DNA from: an uncultured Kordia sp.
GTDB lineage: Bacteria > Bacteroidota > Bacteroidia > Flavobacteriales > Flavobacteriaceae
DNA: 64,000 nucleotides
Direction: 5' to 3'
Assembly: GCA_964635575.1 (NCBI GenBank)
Contig: CAZWNY010000003.1
Span: 165 to 64,164, forward strand
Program-made: the position numbers and the translations under genes
The notes under the pieces: generated by a model
The model's input: only the letters and a program-made list of their open reading frames with translations
What the model was told of the DNA's origin: nothing
The model's database searches: none
Part shown: positions 9,715 to 20,661 of the stretch, one piece after another
How the letters are laid out: each line of letters starts with the position of its first letter
How positions within the stretch are numbered: the first letter of the stretch is position 1

Positions 9715-10305
9715 TTATAAGTCTTCTAAAAGAAGCAAATATAGGTTTTTTGTATTGCTTCCGTAAGTAAGAGAGTCTTTTTCTTCAGGAATTTTAAAAC
9801 ATTTTAAAGTGGTAATATTTGAAGGTATGTAATTAGTGCTATTTTTTTTAATAGTTTTTAACCCATCGCTAATCGTTTCTTTAAGCTGACTGGCAGATGC
9901 AAATACAATAAAATTATGGGGCAATGTATTTATTTTTTCTTCTTTTATTTGATTTGAAGACATTAAAATCGATCCATTATTTGCAATTAAACCCTCGCAA
10001 GTAGTTAAAAAAAAGTCGGGATTATCCGTATTGTCACTTTCAATATTAAATTGTTTTGATAATGCATTATTGTAACACAAAACATTTTTTAAACTCCAAT
10101 TATTTTCGATTAAAATTTGTTCAAAATTTAAAATAATTTCCTCCAAAGTTGTAGCGTATAAAAATTTACCTCCACTTTCTATAAAGTTAACAGTAAACAA
10201 CTCATCTACAGATGTTTCCTCTGTCGGCAAAAACTCATCAACCTCATTTTTAGACGATGAATTTAAGGTAGTTATTTTTTTTAAAAAAAAATTAAAAAAT
10301 CCCAT
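9715..10305 (-). CDS. LUD-domain (LutC/YkgG-like) protein, tentative
   Basis: 196-aa acidic cytoplasmic protein directly upstream of cdsA-psd, the position occupied by LUD-domain proteins in flavobacterial genomes. The call rests on synteny and size only. Confidence 0.45.
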   Translation of the reverse strand: MGFFNFFLKKITTLNSSSKNEVDEFLPTEETSVDELFTVNFIESGGKFLYATTLEEIILNFEQILIENNWSLKNVLCYNNALSKQFNIESDNTDNPDFFLTTCEGLIANNGSILMSSNQIKEEKINTLPHNFIVFASASQLKETISDGLKTIKKNSTNYIPSNITTLKCFKIPEEKDSLTYGSNTKNLYLLLLEDL

Positions 10306-10588
10306 TTTTTAAGTAATTTTAAGTCTTTTTTCAGAAGACTTCTAAAGTCCAAAGATAATAAAAAAATTTAACTTATAATTAAGTTTTATATTTTTTGCTG
10401 CTCTATATTAAGTTTCTATCTAACGCTATTTACTTGGCTTTTTAAGTAATCTTCAAATGTTTTTTACTTTTTTTATTTATGCTCGTAAAGTAATTATCTA
10501 AAACAAAGATGTTTTTCAAAAATCTAAAGTTTTAAAAACGAATTAAGTCTAATAAAATCAACTATATAAACAAAAAAATATTTATTGA

Positions 10589-11299
10589 TTAATCTTGTAG
10601 TGCAAATACTTTTTTAAGTAATGTTGATGTCCTTGAGGTAGCCTTTGTTCTTATTTCTTTTTCTTCAATAGCAATCATTTTATATACACCATTTAATGCT
10701 TTACCTGTAACATAATTAGTTAAATCAGGGTTTATTTTTTTCGTGAATGGTATTGCATTGTATTTATTGATTAGGTTACTCCAAATTTTATCGGCACCTA
10801 CTTTTGCAAAAGAATTTTTAATTACAGGACTAAACTTAGCATATAATGCTGTTTTTGTTTTGTCAATCAAATATTGTGTGGCAGCATTATCATTACCCAT
10901 TAAAATATTTTTAGCATCGTTAAAGGTAATTTCTTTTACGGCGTTAATAAAAATTGGCGTTGCTTCACCTACTGCATCTGTTGCCGCAGTGTTTAACACT
11001 TTAAGTCCTTCATCTGCTAATTTACTTAGTCCAATATTTCGCAATGCCTTATCTACTTTTTTTAACTCTTCTGGCAATAAAATTTTAACTAAGTTATTTT
11101 TGTAAAAACCATCTTTAGCGGTTAATTTAGTTACTTGTTTATGAATTCCTAAGTTTAATGCCTCTCGTAAACCAGCAGCAATATCAGCATTTCCAAAAAC
11201 CGAACCTGTTTGTTGCGGTAAATTATTTACTACTTGTTGTAATTCGCTACAACTAATGGTTGTAAAAATAATGGCTATCAACATTAATTTACGCTTCAT
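10589..11299 (-). CDS. DUF4197-like secreted lipoprotein
   Basis: 236 aa with the lipobox TISCSE. AAGLREAL..G and repeated helical segments resemble DUF4197. Confidence 0.45.
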   Translation of the reverse strand: MKRKLMLIAIIFTTISCSELQQVVNNLPQQTGSVFGNADIAAGLREALNLGIHKQVTKLTAKDGFYKNNLVKILLPEELKKVDKALRNIGLSKLADEGLKVLNTAATDAVGEATPIFINAVKEITFNDAKNILMGNDNAATQYLIDKTKTALYAKFSPVIKNSFAKVGADKIWSNLINKYNAIPFTKKINPDLTNYVTGKALNGVYKMIAIEEKEIRTKATSRTSTLLKKVFALQD

Positions 11300-11402
11300 A
11301 AAATATTATTTTTAAGGTTAAAAAAATCAAATTTACAATTTTTACATTAAAAAAATGAAAACCTGTTATTTTATTCGTATTTTTAAATCCTTTATAATAA
11401 AT

Positions 11403-12026
11403 ATGCGTAAATTTTATTTCCTTTTATTACTAACAATTGGATTGTTTTCTTGCGGAAATCAACATCAATTTACCAAACAACAAAAAAAAGCACTTACTAA
11501 TGCTGATAGTAATAAACCAATGCGTGTGTTTTTAATTACTAACAAACAAGATTCTATTTTACTCCGCAAAAAAAGTAGCTATATAAATCCAAAAAATAAA
11601 TTCACAAAAGTATTGGCTAATCGATTATTTGCTACAGTACGTGATAGCTTGTCAATGGGCGTTGGTATTGCAGCCCCACAAATAGGTGTTTTAAAAAACA
11701 TAATTTGCGTACAGCGTTTTGATAAAAAAAAATTTCCTTTTGAGTTCTATTTAAATCCGATAATTATAAATTGTTCTGACAAAAAACTTCCTTTCCCTGA
11801 AGGGTGTTTATCTATCCCTAATACAAAAGGAATTACAAAAAACAGAGCATTTACCATTACTATTGAATATGACACCTTAGATGGTGAACATAAAAAAGAA
11901 AATATTTCCGATTTTACATCGGTGATTTTTCAGCATGAAATAGATCATTTAAACGGTATCTTATTTATTGATCATTTAAAGAAAGATGTAATAACTGACC
12001 ACAAAAAAAACACTCAAAAAAAATAA
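11403..12026 (+). CDS. def: Peptide deformylase paralog with a predicted lipoprotein signal peptide
   Basis: All three PDF motifs are present: GVGIAAPQIG, EGCLSIP and QHEIDHLNG. The preferred start is the ATG at 11403 (MRKFYFLLLLTIGLFSCGNQ). The track ORF begins at 11355. Confidence 0.85.
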   Translation: MRKFYFLLLLTIGLFSCGNQHQFTKQQKKALTNADSNKPMRVFLITNKQDSILLRKKSSYINPKNKFTKVLANRLFATVRDSLSMGVGIAAPQIGVLKNIICVQRFDKKKFPFEFYLNPIIINCSDKKLPFPEGCLSIPNTKGITKNRAFTITIEYDTLDGEHKKENISDFTSVIFQHEIDHLNGILFIDHLKKDVITDHKKNTQKK

Positions 12027-12059
12027 TATTTTAGTGACTTTTTTTGAGTGTTTTTTTTT
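12011..12059 (+). terminator. Rho-independent terminator overlapping the def stop
   Basis: cactcaaaaaaa ... tttttttgagtg inverted repeat followed by T9. Confidence 0.6.
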
Positions 12060-12380
12060 AATTATCATAATGTTTAGAAATTTTTAAAGCATTGTCATCA
12101 CAATTAAAATTCTACAATTTGAATATGATTACATCCTGTGTTTCTCTTGCAACCAACCTTAAACCCATAAACATTTTCGTGCAAAGTAGCTTTCAGCCTA
12201 AAAATAGTTGTTACGGTTGTTGATTATAAAAATTTACACTCGTTTATTCAATTAAAATTAGTAATGATCAATTAGTTGCTTTCTTATTTAGATTAATGCT
12301 ATGCTTTTCCTCAAAAATCACACCTTATTTTTTTATAATTCCGTAAATTGCAACACAAAATTATATATAAAAACTTACAA

Positions 12381-15300
12381 ATGGAACAAATTACACCTTA
12401 TAAACCTAAATTTAAAGTTCGTATCGTAACCGCAGCAGCATTATTTGATGGTCATGATGCCGCCATAAACATTATGCGTAGAATTATACAATCTACAGGT
12501 GTTGAGGTAATACATTTAGGACATGACCGCAGCGTAGAAGAGGTTGTCAATTGTGCAATACAAGAAGATGTAAATGCCATCGCAATAACCTCGTACCAAG
12601 GCGGACACAATGAGTATTTTAAATACATGTACGATTTGTTACAAGAAAAAAACGCGACACACATTAAAATTTTTGGTGGCGGTGGCGGTGTAATTTTGCC
12701 TACCGAAATTAAAGAATTAATGGATTATGGTATTACTCGAATTTATTCACCCGATGACGGCAGAGAATTAGGCTTGCAAGGAATGATTAATGACTTGGTA
12801 AAAATATCTGATTTTGCTATTGGAGATAAACTAACAGTTAGTTTGAACGACTTATCGAATAAAAAATCAGGAAGTATTGCACGTGTAATTTCAGCGGCAG
12901 AAAACTTTCCTGAAGTGGCTAAAAAAACGTTAGCAGCCATTCATCATAAAAATAAAAACTCAACAACTCCCGTTTTAGGAATTACAGGTACTGGTGGTTC
13001 TGGAAAATCATCTTTAGTAGATGAATTGGTACGTCGATTTTTAGTCGATTTTCCCAAAAAAACTATCGGTTTAATTTCTGTAGACCCATCAAAACGAAAA
13101 ACCGGTGGCGCTCTATTAGGCGATCGTATCCGCATGAATGCGATTAACAACAACCGTGTTTATATGCGATCATTAGCAACTCGACAATCTAACTTAGCAT
13201 TATCAAAATACGTAAGCGAAGCTATTGAAGTATTAAAAGCTGCCGAATTTGATTTAATTATACTAGAAACCTCTGGTATTGGACAATCCGACACCGAAAT
13301 TATAGAACATTCTGATACATCATTATATGTAATGACTCCTGAATTTGGCGCAGCTACACAATTAGAAAAAATTGATATGCTTGATTTTGCTGACCTAGTA
13401 GCCATTAATAAATTTGATAAACGTGGGGCTTTAGATGCGGTACGCGATGTAAAAAAACAATACATGCGTAATAATAATTTATGGGATGTACACCAAGATG
13501 ATTTGCCTGTTTATGGCACAATTGCCTCGCAGTTTAATGATCCTGGAATGAATACGCTGTACAAAGCAATAATGGACAAATTAGTCGAAAAAACAAATGT
13601 CGATTTAAAATCATCTATTGCGATTACAAAAGAAATGAGTAAAAAAATATTTGTAATCCCTCCAAGCAGAACACGTTATTTATCTGAAATTGCAGAAACC
13701 AATAGAGATTATGACAAAAAAGGAACTGAACAAACCGTAGTTGCTCAGAAATTATACGGTATTTTTCAAACCATCTTATCGGTTATTGAGTTAGACTTTA
13801 ACACAACCGAAACTTCATTACTAACAAAAAATGGATTAGATGAAAACGCTATTTTAACAGCAACATCAGCCTCCGAAAACCCTTTCATAAAACTATTATT
13901 AGCACAATTTGAACACATAAAATTAAATTTAAATCCACACAACTGGGAAGTAATTATTGGCTGGGATAGTAAATTAAAAAAATACAAAAACAAGGTTTAC
14001 AGCTTTAAAGTTAGAGAAAAAGTTATTAATATTGACACACATTCAGAATCGTTATCACATACACAAATACCTAAAGTATGTTTACCAAAATATAAAGCTT
14101 GGGGCGATATTTTATTATGGAATCTACAAGAAAACGTGCCAGGAGAATTTCCGTTTGCATCAGGTTTGTATCCGTTTAAACGCACAGGAGAAGACCCAAC
14201 ACGTATGTTTGCTGGAGAAGGTGGTCCTGAGCGCACCAATAGACGTTTTCATTATGTAAGCTTAGGTATGCCTGCCAAACGTTTATCTACTGCTTTTGAT
14301 TCAGTTACTTTATACGGTAACGACCCCGAAACAAGACCCGATATTTACGGGAAAATTGGTAATGCAGGGGTTTCAATTTGTTGTTTAGACGATGCTAAAA
14401 AATTATTTTCTGGTTTCGATTTAACACATCCGTTAACTTCAGTAAGTTTAACTATTAATGGCCCAGCACCAATGCTATTAGGTTTCTTTATAAACGCCGC
14501 CATTGATCAAAATTGTGAAAAATACATTAAAGAACATAACTTAGAAAACAAAGTAGAAGCTAAATTTAAAGAACTATATGATAGTAAAAATTTAAACAGA
14601 CCAACTTATACCGGTAATTTACCTCAAGGAAATGATGGTTTAGGGTTACTCCTTTTAGGACTAACAGGCGATTTGATTTTACCTGAAAAAGTTTATCAAG
14701 AAATTAAAACCAATACTTTGTCGCAAGTTAGAGGTACCGTTCAGGCAGATATTTTAAAAGAAGATCAAGCTCAAAATACGTGTATATTTTCTACTGAATT
14801 TGCATTGCGATTAATGGGCGATGTACAAGAATATTTTATCGAAAAAAATGTACGTAACTTTTATTCAGTTTCGATTTCAGGATATCACATTGCAGAAGCA
14901 GGCGCAAACCCTATTACTCAACTGGCATTAACCTTGTCAAACGGATTTACTTATGTAGAGTATTATTTAAGTAGAGGAATGGATATTAATAAATTCGGAC
15001 CTAATTTATCATTTTTCTTCTCTAATGGAATTGATGCTGAATATGCAGTTATTGGTCGTGTAGCACGAAAAATTTGGGCAAAAGCAATGAAATACAAATA
15101 CAATGCCAACCCAAGAGCACAAATGTTAAAATATCACATACAAACTTCAGGGCGTAGTTTACACGCACAAGAAATTGATTTTAACGACATTCGTACAACC
15201 TTGCAAGCATTGTACGCAATTTATGACAACTGCAACTCACTACATACCAATGCATATGACGAAGCAATTACAACACCAACCGAAGAAAGTGTGCGTAGAG

Positions 15301-15830
15301 CAATGGCAATACAATTAATTATTAATAAAGAATTAGGGTTAACCAAAAACGAAAACCCAATACAAGGTTCTTTTATTATTGAAGAATTAACCGACTTAGT
15401 AGAAGATGCTGTTTTATTAGAATTTGACAGAATTACCGAACGTGGCGGAGTTTTAGGCGCAATGGAAACTATGTATCAACGTAGTAAAATACAAGAAGAA
15501 AGTTTATATTATGAAACCTTAAAACATACAGGAGAGTTTCCTATTATTGGTGTAAATACTTTTTTGAGTTCAAAAGGATCGCCAACGGTTATTCCTGCTG
15601 AAGTAGTTAGAGCTACAGAAAAAGAGAAACAAGCTCAAATTAAAACCAAAGAAACTTTAAATGCTGCGCATACAAAAGCGGTAGCTAAACATATTGCTTT
15701 AATACAAGAAGCCGCAATACAACATGAAAACTTATTTGACAAACTAATGGAGGCGACTAAAGTATGTAGTTTAGGGCAAATTACCGCCGCTTTATTTGAA
15801 GTTGGCGGTCAATACAGACGAAATATGTAA
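12381..15830 (+). CDS. icmF: Fused isobutyryl-CoA mutase (IcmF-type: B12-binding domain + MeaB-like GTPase + acyl-CoA mutase substrate domain)
   Basis: The N-terminal B12-binding domain has [10 protein letters not shown] (DxHxxG). The central G3E P-loop is [12 protein letters not shown], with ...INKFD. The C-terminal domain of about 600 aa is a mutase TIM barrel. The preferred ATG is at 12381; the track ORF starts at a TTG at 12348. Confidence 0.85.
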   Translation: MEQITPYKPKFKVRIVTAAALFDGHDAAINIMRRIIQSTGVEVIHLGHDRSVEEVVNCAIQEDVNAIAITSYQGGHNEYFKYMYDLLQEKNATHIKIFGGGGGVILPTEIKELMDYGITRIYSPDDGRELGLQGMINDLVKISDFAIGDKLTVSLNDLSNKKSGSIARVISAAENFPEVAKKTLAAIHHKNKNSTTPVLGITGTGGSGKSSLVDELVRRFLVDFPKKTIGLISVDPSKRKTGGALLGDRIRMNAINNNRVYMRSLATRQSNLALSKYVSEAIEVLKAAEFDLIILETSGIGQSDTEIIEHSDTSLYVMTPEFGAATQLEKIDMLDFADLVAINKFDKRGALDAVRDVKKQYMRNNNLWDVHQDDLPVYGTIASQFNDPGMNTLYKAIMDKLVEKTNVDLKSSIAITKEMSKKIFVIPPSRTRYLSEIAETNRDYDKKGTEQTVVAQKLYGIFQTILSVIELDFNTTETSLLTKNGLDENAILTATSASENPFIKLLLAQFEHIKLNLNPHNWEVIIGWDSKLKKYKNKVYSFKVREKVINIDTHSESLSHTQIPKVCLPKYKAWGDILLWNLQENVPGEFPFASGLYPFKRTGEDPTRMFAGEGGPERTNRRFHYVSLGMPAKRLSTAFDSVTLYGNDPETRPDIYGKIGNAGVSICCLDDAKKLFSGFDLTHPLTSVSLTINGPAPMLLGFFINAAIDQNCEKYIKEHNLENKVEAKFKELYDSKNLNRPTYTGNLPQGNDGLGLLLLGLTGDLILPEKVYQEIKTNTLSQVRGTVQADILKEDQAQNTCIFSTEFALRLMGDVQEYFIEKNVRNFYSVSISGYHIAEAGANPITQLALTLSNGFTYVEYYLSRGMDINKFGPNLSFFFSNGIDAEYAVIGRVARKIWAKAMKYKYNANPRAQMLKYHIQTSGRSLHAQEIDFNDIRTTLQALYAIYDNCNSLHTNAYDEAITTPTEESVRRAMAIQLIINKELGLTKNENPIQGSFIIEELTDLVEDAVLLEFDRITERGGVLGAMETMYQRSKIQEESLYYETLKHTGEFPIIGVNTFLSSKGSPTVIPAEVVRATEKEKQAQIKTKETLNAAHTKAVAKHIALIQEAAIQHENLFDKLMEATKVCSLGQITAALFEVGGQYRRNM

Positions 15831-15934
15831 CTAAAAAATTAGAAAAAACACTTGCATTAAGTAAACATCAAAAAAAACACTAAACATTATTAGTGTTTAC
15901 GGAGGTACAATTAGGCAAATACAATTATTAAATT

Positions 15935-17488
15935 ATGGAACAAATTTTAGTATTTTTAGGTCAAGTTTCTTGGTGGCTATGGATTATTATTGGGTTAATA
16001 ATCATTACTATACGTGATGTTTTTTTTAATAAAAACCATACAATTAGTCGAAATTTTCCTGTTTTCGGACATATTAGATACCTTTTTGAAAACATAGGTC
16101 CCGAAATGCGTCAGTATTTTGTAGCTAATAACCGAGAAGAATTACCGTTTAACCGTATTGAAAGAGGTTGGATATATGCTTCTGCAAAACATGAAAACAA
16201 TTATGAAGGTTTTGGTACAGATAGAGATATTTATGCCCATCAGCATATTTTTATCAACAATGCAATGATGCCTTATCAAATAGATGAAAATCATCCAAAT
16301 ACAAAAGATCCTTATTTTTTACCCTGTGCAAAGGTAATGGGTGCATTTCATAACCGTAAAAAACCATACCGACCTGCTTCTATTATTAATATTTCGGCAA
16401 TGAGTTTTGGTTCACTATCGGCAAAAGCAGTAGCATCATTAAATAAAGGCGCTAAAATTGCTGGTGCATATCATAATACAGGTGAAGGCGGTTTAAGTTC
16501 GTACCACAGTAACGGTGGCGATGTTGTTTTTCATTTTGGCACAGGTTATTTTGGAGTACGTGCTGAAGATGGTGGTTTTTCAATGGAAAAAATGGTAAAA
16601 TTAGTAACTGATAATCCGTTTATAAAGGCAATTGAAATTAAGTTGTCGCAAGGTGCAAAACCAGGTAAAGGAGGAGTTTTACCTGGAGCAAAAATTACTT
16701 CTGAAATCGCTAAAATTAGAGGTGTTAAAATTGGAGAAGATGTATTATCTCCTCCAAACCATAAAGCGTTTTCTAATGTACCAGAAATGATTGTTTTTAT
16801 TGAAAAAATTGCTGAAGCGACAGGCTTACCCGTTGGTATTAAAGCTGCTATTGGGAAGTTAGAACAATGGGAGGAATTAGCTGATATTATGAAAAAAACC
16901 GGTAAAGGTCCTGATTTTATTTCAGTAGATGGTGGTGAAGGCGGTACAGGTGCTGCTCCACCAAGTTTTGCCGATCACGTGTCTTTACCTTGGGTTTATG
17001 GTTTTAGCGATTTGTATAAATTATTTCAAAACAAAAGGTTGACTGAACGAATTGTATTTATTGGCAGTGGAAAATTAGGGTTTCCTGCAAAAGCAGCAAT
17101 GGCATTTGCAATGGGAGCAGATTGTATAAATGTTGCCCGAGAAGCAATGATGAGTATCGGTTGTATACAGGCACAAGTTTGCCACACCAATCGTTGTCCT
17201 ACTGGTATTGCTACACAAAACAAATGGTTACAAAACGGCATTGATGTTCCACTAAAATCAGAACGTTTAGCGCAATATTTCAAAACCTTTAGAAAGGAGT
17301 TAATTGAAATTACACATGCGGCAGGTTATGAGCATCCTTGTGAGTTTAAAATGAGTGATGTTAATGTAAATGTAGATGATCATAACTTGTCTAAAGAACT
17401 CAATAAAACGTATAAATATATAAAAACTCCTGTGCCATTTGTAAATACACAACAGCTTAAAGATTGTAAATACTTAGGAGGTCGTTAG
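15935..17488 (+). CDS. FMN-binding glutamate synthase family protein (GltB domain-2-like), membrane anchored
   Basis: 517 aa with an N-terminal TM helix. KLSQGAKPGKGG.LPG and VDGGEGGTGAAP are motifs characteristic of the glutamate synthase FMN domain. Confidence 0.8.
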   Translation: MEQILVFLGQVSWWLWIIIGLIIITIRDVFFNKNHTISRNFPVFGHIRYLFENIGPEMRQYFVANNREELPFNRIERGWIYASAKHENNYEGFGTDRDIYAHQHIFINNAMMPYQIDENHPNTKDPYFLPCAKVMGAFHNRKKPYRPASIINISAMSFGSLSAKAVASLNKGAKIAGAYHNTGEGGLSSYHSNGGDVVFHFGTGYFGVRAEDGGFSMEKMVKLVTDNPFIKAIEIKLSQGAKPGKGGVLPGAKITSEIAKIRGVKIGEDVLSPPNHKAFSNVPEMIVFIEKIAEATGLPVGIKAAIGKLEQWEELADIMKKTGKGPDFISVDGGEGGTGAAPPSFADHVSLPWVYGFSDLYKLFQNKRLTERIVFIGSGKLGFPAKAAMAFAMGADCINVAREAMMSIGCIQAQVCHTNRCPTGIATQNKWLQNGIDVPLKSERLAQYFKTFRKELIEITHAAGYEHPCEFKMSDVNVNVDDHNLSKELNKTYKYIKTPVPFVNTQQLKDCKYLGGR

Positions 17489-17517
17489 TTGTTAAAAAAG
17501 AAGTACTTTTTAACAAC
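17488..17517. terminator. Possible bidirectional hairpin terminator between convergent genes
   Basis: About 12-bp A/T-rich stem gttgttaaaaag / ctttttaacaac with a 5-nt loop, starting at the stop codon of the GltB-like gene. Confidence 0.4.
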
Positions 17518-17570
17518 CTTAATTAGAGGGTAAAGATGTATTTCTATAAATTTTATTCAGAATTAATAGA

Positions 17571-18320
17571 TTATATAATACGTTTTATTACTCTTAATTT
17601 ATGCGTATGTGTGTTGCGCTGTACGTTAAAAATACCTGTATGGTCTAATCGATCTACACGTACTTCACCGTGTGCATGAATAATGTAATTATCTTTCATA
17701 ATAATACCTACGTGTATAATATTACCTTCATTATTATCGAAAAAAGCTAAATCACCAGGTTCGCTTTCTTCTATAAAACTTAATGCTTCACCCTGTGATG
17801 CCTGTTGTGATGCATCTCTTAAAATGGCATATCCATTTATTTTATATACCATTTGTGTAAAACCGCTACAATCAATACCAAAAGGTGTTTTTCCTCCCCA
17901 TAAATAAGGACTATTAATATACATTAAAGCGGTTTTTATAATATGTTTTTTTTGTTTTTTACCTGTAATACTTTCGCCTTCAAATTGATGTTTTAAAAAC
18001 TTAACCCCATTTAATGATGCTCCAAGAGGTATCAAGCTTAATTGGCTATTAATAGTTGTAATGTGTTCTATTAAATTAATAGTTACTTTTGTCTCTTCGG
18101 AATTGAATTGGTTATAATTTTCGGCTGTAATTTCTAAGTATTGTTTATTATCAATCCAACCTTCATACGTATCGAAAGCTAACCTAATTTTACTCCATTT
18201 TTTACGTATTTCTAATACTTTAAATATTTCGCCATACAATACCTGTGAAGTCATTTCACTGGTGTCATTTGGGTCTAACCGTAAAGGAACAATGCTTAAA
18301 GGTGTAATTCCGTAATTCAT
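17571..18320 (-). CDS. C40 (NlpC/P60) family peptidase with an N-terminal SH3b-like domain
   Basis: GIDCSGFTQMVY supplies the catalytic Cys, and ...HVGI... the downstream His. Confidence 0.85.
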   Translation of the reverse strand: MNYGITPLSIVPLRLDPNDTSEMTSQVLYGEIFKVLEIRKKWSKIRLAFDTYEGWIDNKQYLEITAENYNQFNSEETKVTINLIEHITTINSQLSLIPLGASLNGVKFLKHQFEGESITGKKQKKHIIKTALMYINSPYLWGGKTPFGIDCSGFTQMVYKINGYAILRDASQQASQGEALSFIEESEPGDLAFFDNNEGNIIHVGIIMKDNYIIHAHGEVRVDRLDHTGIFNVQRNTHTHKLRVIKRII

Positions 18321-18361
18321 GTAATAAGTTGTACTGAGTTGTTTTTACTTGTAATTTCTTA

Positions 18362-19537
18362 TTATCTTTCAATAACAATCGCTGAAGCGCCACCGCCACC
18401 ATTGCAAATAGCTGCAGCTCCAATTTTAGCATCGTTTTGAGCTAATACGTTTATTAAAGTGATTATAATACGAACTCCTGAGCAACCCAATGGATGACCC
18501 AAGGAAACAGCACCACCATTTACGTTTACATTACTGTCATTTAATCCTAATATTTTCATGTTCGCTAAACCGACTACCGAAAATGCTTCGTTAAACTCAA
18601 AATAATCAACATCACTTAATGTTGTATTTGCTTTTGCTAATGCTTTTGGAAGTGCTTTTGCTGGAGCCGTTGTAAACCATTTTGGTTCTTGAGCGGCATC
18701 GGCATAACCTGTTATTGTTGCTAAAGGAGTTAATCCTAACTCGATAGCTTTTTCTGCGGACATTAAAATTACTGCACCTGCGCCATCATTTATAGTAGAT
18801 GAATTTGCTGCGGTTACCGTTCCATTTTTGGTAAAAGCAGGTCTTAAAGCGGGTATTTTATCTAATTTTACGTTTGTAAATTCTTCATCAGTATCCACAA
18901 TAACAGGTTCTCCTCTTCGCTGTGGCACTTCAACTGGTACAACTTCATTTTTAAATTTTCCTGATTTCCAAGCGGCGGCAGAACGTTTGTATGAGTTTAT
19001 TGCAAAAGTATCTTGATCTTCTCGAGAAAATTGATATTCCGTAGCACATAAATCGGCACAAGTACCCATTGCTTCTTGACTATATGCATCAACTAAACCA
19101 TCAACTTGCATACCGTCTAACATTTTTGAAGGCCCAAATTTGGTTGCTTTTCTAGCATGAAAATAATGAGGTATTAAGCTCATGTTTTCCATACCGCCAG
19201 CAACTATAATATTAGCATCGCCACTTTTTATTGCTTGAGCGGCTTGCATTACGGCTTTCATACCCGAGGCACAAACTTTGTTAATTGTTGTAGCGGGTGT
19301 GTTTTCTGAAATGCCAGCAAAAATAGCTGCTTGACGTGCTGGTGCTTGACCAGTACCTGCTTGTACTACATTACCCATAATTACTTCATCTATTAAGTTT
19401 GGAGATAAATTAATTTGATTTAACGCTCCTTTTATAGCAATGGCTCCTAATTTTGGAGCAGATATAGTAGATAAACTTCCTAAAAAACTTCCTATTGGGG
19501 TTCTTGCCGCAGCAACAATTACAACTTTTGTACTCAT
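18362..19537 (-). CDS. atoB: Acetyl-CoA C-acetyltransferase (thiolase II)
   Basis: 391 aa with the active-site region INKVCASGMKAV and the C-terminal NVNGGAVSLGHPLGCSG...CNGGGGASA. Confidence 0.95.
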   Translation of the reverse strand: MSTKVVIVAAARTPIGSFLGSLSTISAPKLGAIAIKGALNQINLSPNLIDEVIMGNVVQAGTGQAPARQAAIFAGISENTPATTINKVCASGMKAVMQAAQAIKSGDANIIVAGGMENMSLIPHYFHARKATKFGPSKMLDGMQVDGLVDAYSQEAMGTCADLCATEYQFSREDQDTFAINSYKRSAAAWKSGKFKNEVVPVEVPQRRGEPVIVDTDEEFTNVKLDKIPALRPAFTKNGTVTAANSSTINDGAGAVILMSAEKAIELGLTPLATITGYADAAQEPKWFTTAPAKALPKALAKANTTLSDVDYFEFNEAFSVVGLANMKILGLNDSNVNVNGGAVSLGHPLGCSGVRIIITLINVLAQNDAKIGAAAICNGGGGASAIVIER

Positions 19538-19735
19538 AGTTTATATGTTTTTATTATTTTTTATTATTTTATTGATGCGAATTTACTCATTTTTTTATCA
19601 TAAAAATAGTGGTAAATTTTAATTTTATCAGAACTATTTAAAAAAATATTTTTTTAGCATAAGTTTAAATACGTTTTAATATCGTTATCTTTTAGGTTTT
19701 CATAGATAATAGTTGATTATAAAAACTAATTTTGA

Positions 19736-20635
19736 TTAAGGTAATTTACTTAAATGAATGTATCTTTTTTTGGCATATCCATATCCGTCTTTCCACCATT
19801 TTTTCATTAGTTTTTTCTTGAATATTAATGAGTTTTCGGTAAGTTTTGTTGGTGTATAATACAGGTTTAGCTTTACGTTATTGTTTTTTGCTGCTAATTT
19901 ACCAATGGTAATATCGTTTTTTTCTACCTGACTTAATAAATACCCAAAGAGGTTAATCATTAATGAAAACGGATTTTTTCCCAATATTTTTTGTCCTTCC
20001 ATATTTTCCGATTCGAGTACAATGGCATCTATTTCTGTAGCGCCTCTTAAAATAGCTTCTCTAATTGGTATTACGCAACCAAAACCACCATCGGCATATT
20101 CATTTCCGTTACGTGTTGCTAATGACATAAAAGGTACGTAATTGCAGGAGATCCAAATCCAATCGCAAAATTCCTCATAAGTGCAATCGTGTATAGATTT
20201 ATATTCTACGCTACTTTTAGACAAATTAGTTACCGTAACTACAACGTCTTCTTTGGTCGACTTTATGAGTTCATATTCTTCTTTTGTTACATTTTTTTTA
20301 ATGTTTTTACGTAACGCATTACTTTCTCCAAAGGTTCGTTTTAATTTTATAAATTGCACTAACGAATTAAAGAAATTAATAGATACAAACTCTCTATCTC
20401 CTTTTTGACGGACTATAAACGGATTAATGTTAAAAATAGTTCGTTGGTTTACATTGGTATAAATTTTATGTAATTTTTTTAGATTACCTGTTGCTAAATG
20501 AGGTATTAACAAGCTTCCTGTAGATGTACCTAAAAACAAATCGTATTCTTTGTTTTTTTCTAACATTAAATATTCAGCAACACCTCCTGCAAATGCTCCT
20601 TTACTTCCGCCTCCGCTAATTACTAATGCTCTCAT
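19736..20635 (-). CDS. Patatin-like phospholipase
   Basis: GGGSKGAFAGG oxyanion motif, GTSTGS nucleophile elbow and ADGG (DG) dyad motif. Confidence 0.85.
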   Translation of the reverse strand: MRALVISGGGSKGAFAGGVAEYLMLEKNKEYDLFLGTSTGSLLIPHLATGNLKKLHKIYTNVNQRTIFNINPFIVRQKGDREFVSINFFNSLVQFIKLKRTFGESNALRKNIKKNVTKEEYELIKSTKEDVVVTVTNLSKSSVEYKSIHDCTYEEFCDWIWISCNYVPFMSLATRNGNEYADGGFGCVIPIREAILRGATEIDAIVLESENMEGQKILGKNPFSLMINLFGYLLSQVEKNDITIGKLAAKNNNVKLNLYYTPTKLTENSLIFKKKLMKKWWKDGYGYAKKRYIHLSKLP

Positions 20636-20661
20636 AAAGTACGTTTACTTGGGTTTATTTT

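Noticed and set aside
10321-10341. 7-bp hairpin aagtctt-ttttcag-aagactt just upstream of the LUD-like gene start
   Set aside because: It is short and AT-rich with no flanking T-run or conserved context visible, and could easily arise by chance in this composition.
10743-11105. 120-aa plus-strand ORF
   Set aside because: It is antisense to the DUF4197-like lipoprotein gene, with low-complexity hydrophobic composition.
12027-12380. Possible cobalamin riboswitch upstream of the B12-dependent IcmF gene
   Set aside because: I could not find the conserved B12-box (GCCACTG-like) or GC-rich paired elements. B12 riboswitches typically control B12 supply genes rather than B12-dependent mutases. It is left only as a note on the long leader.
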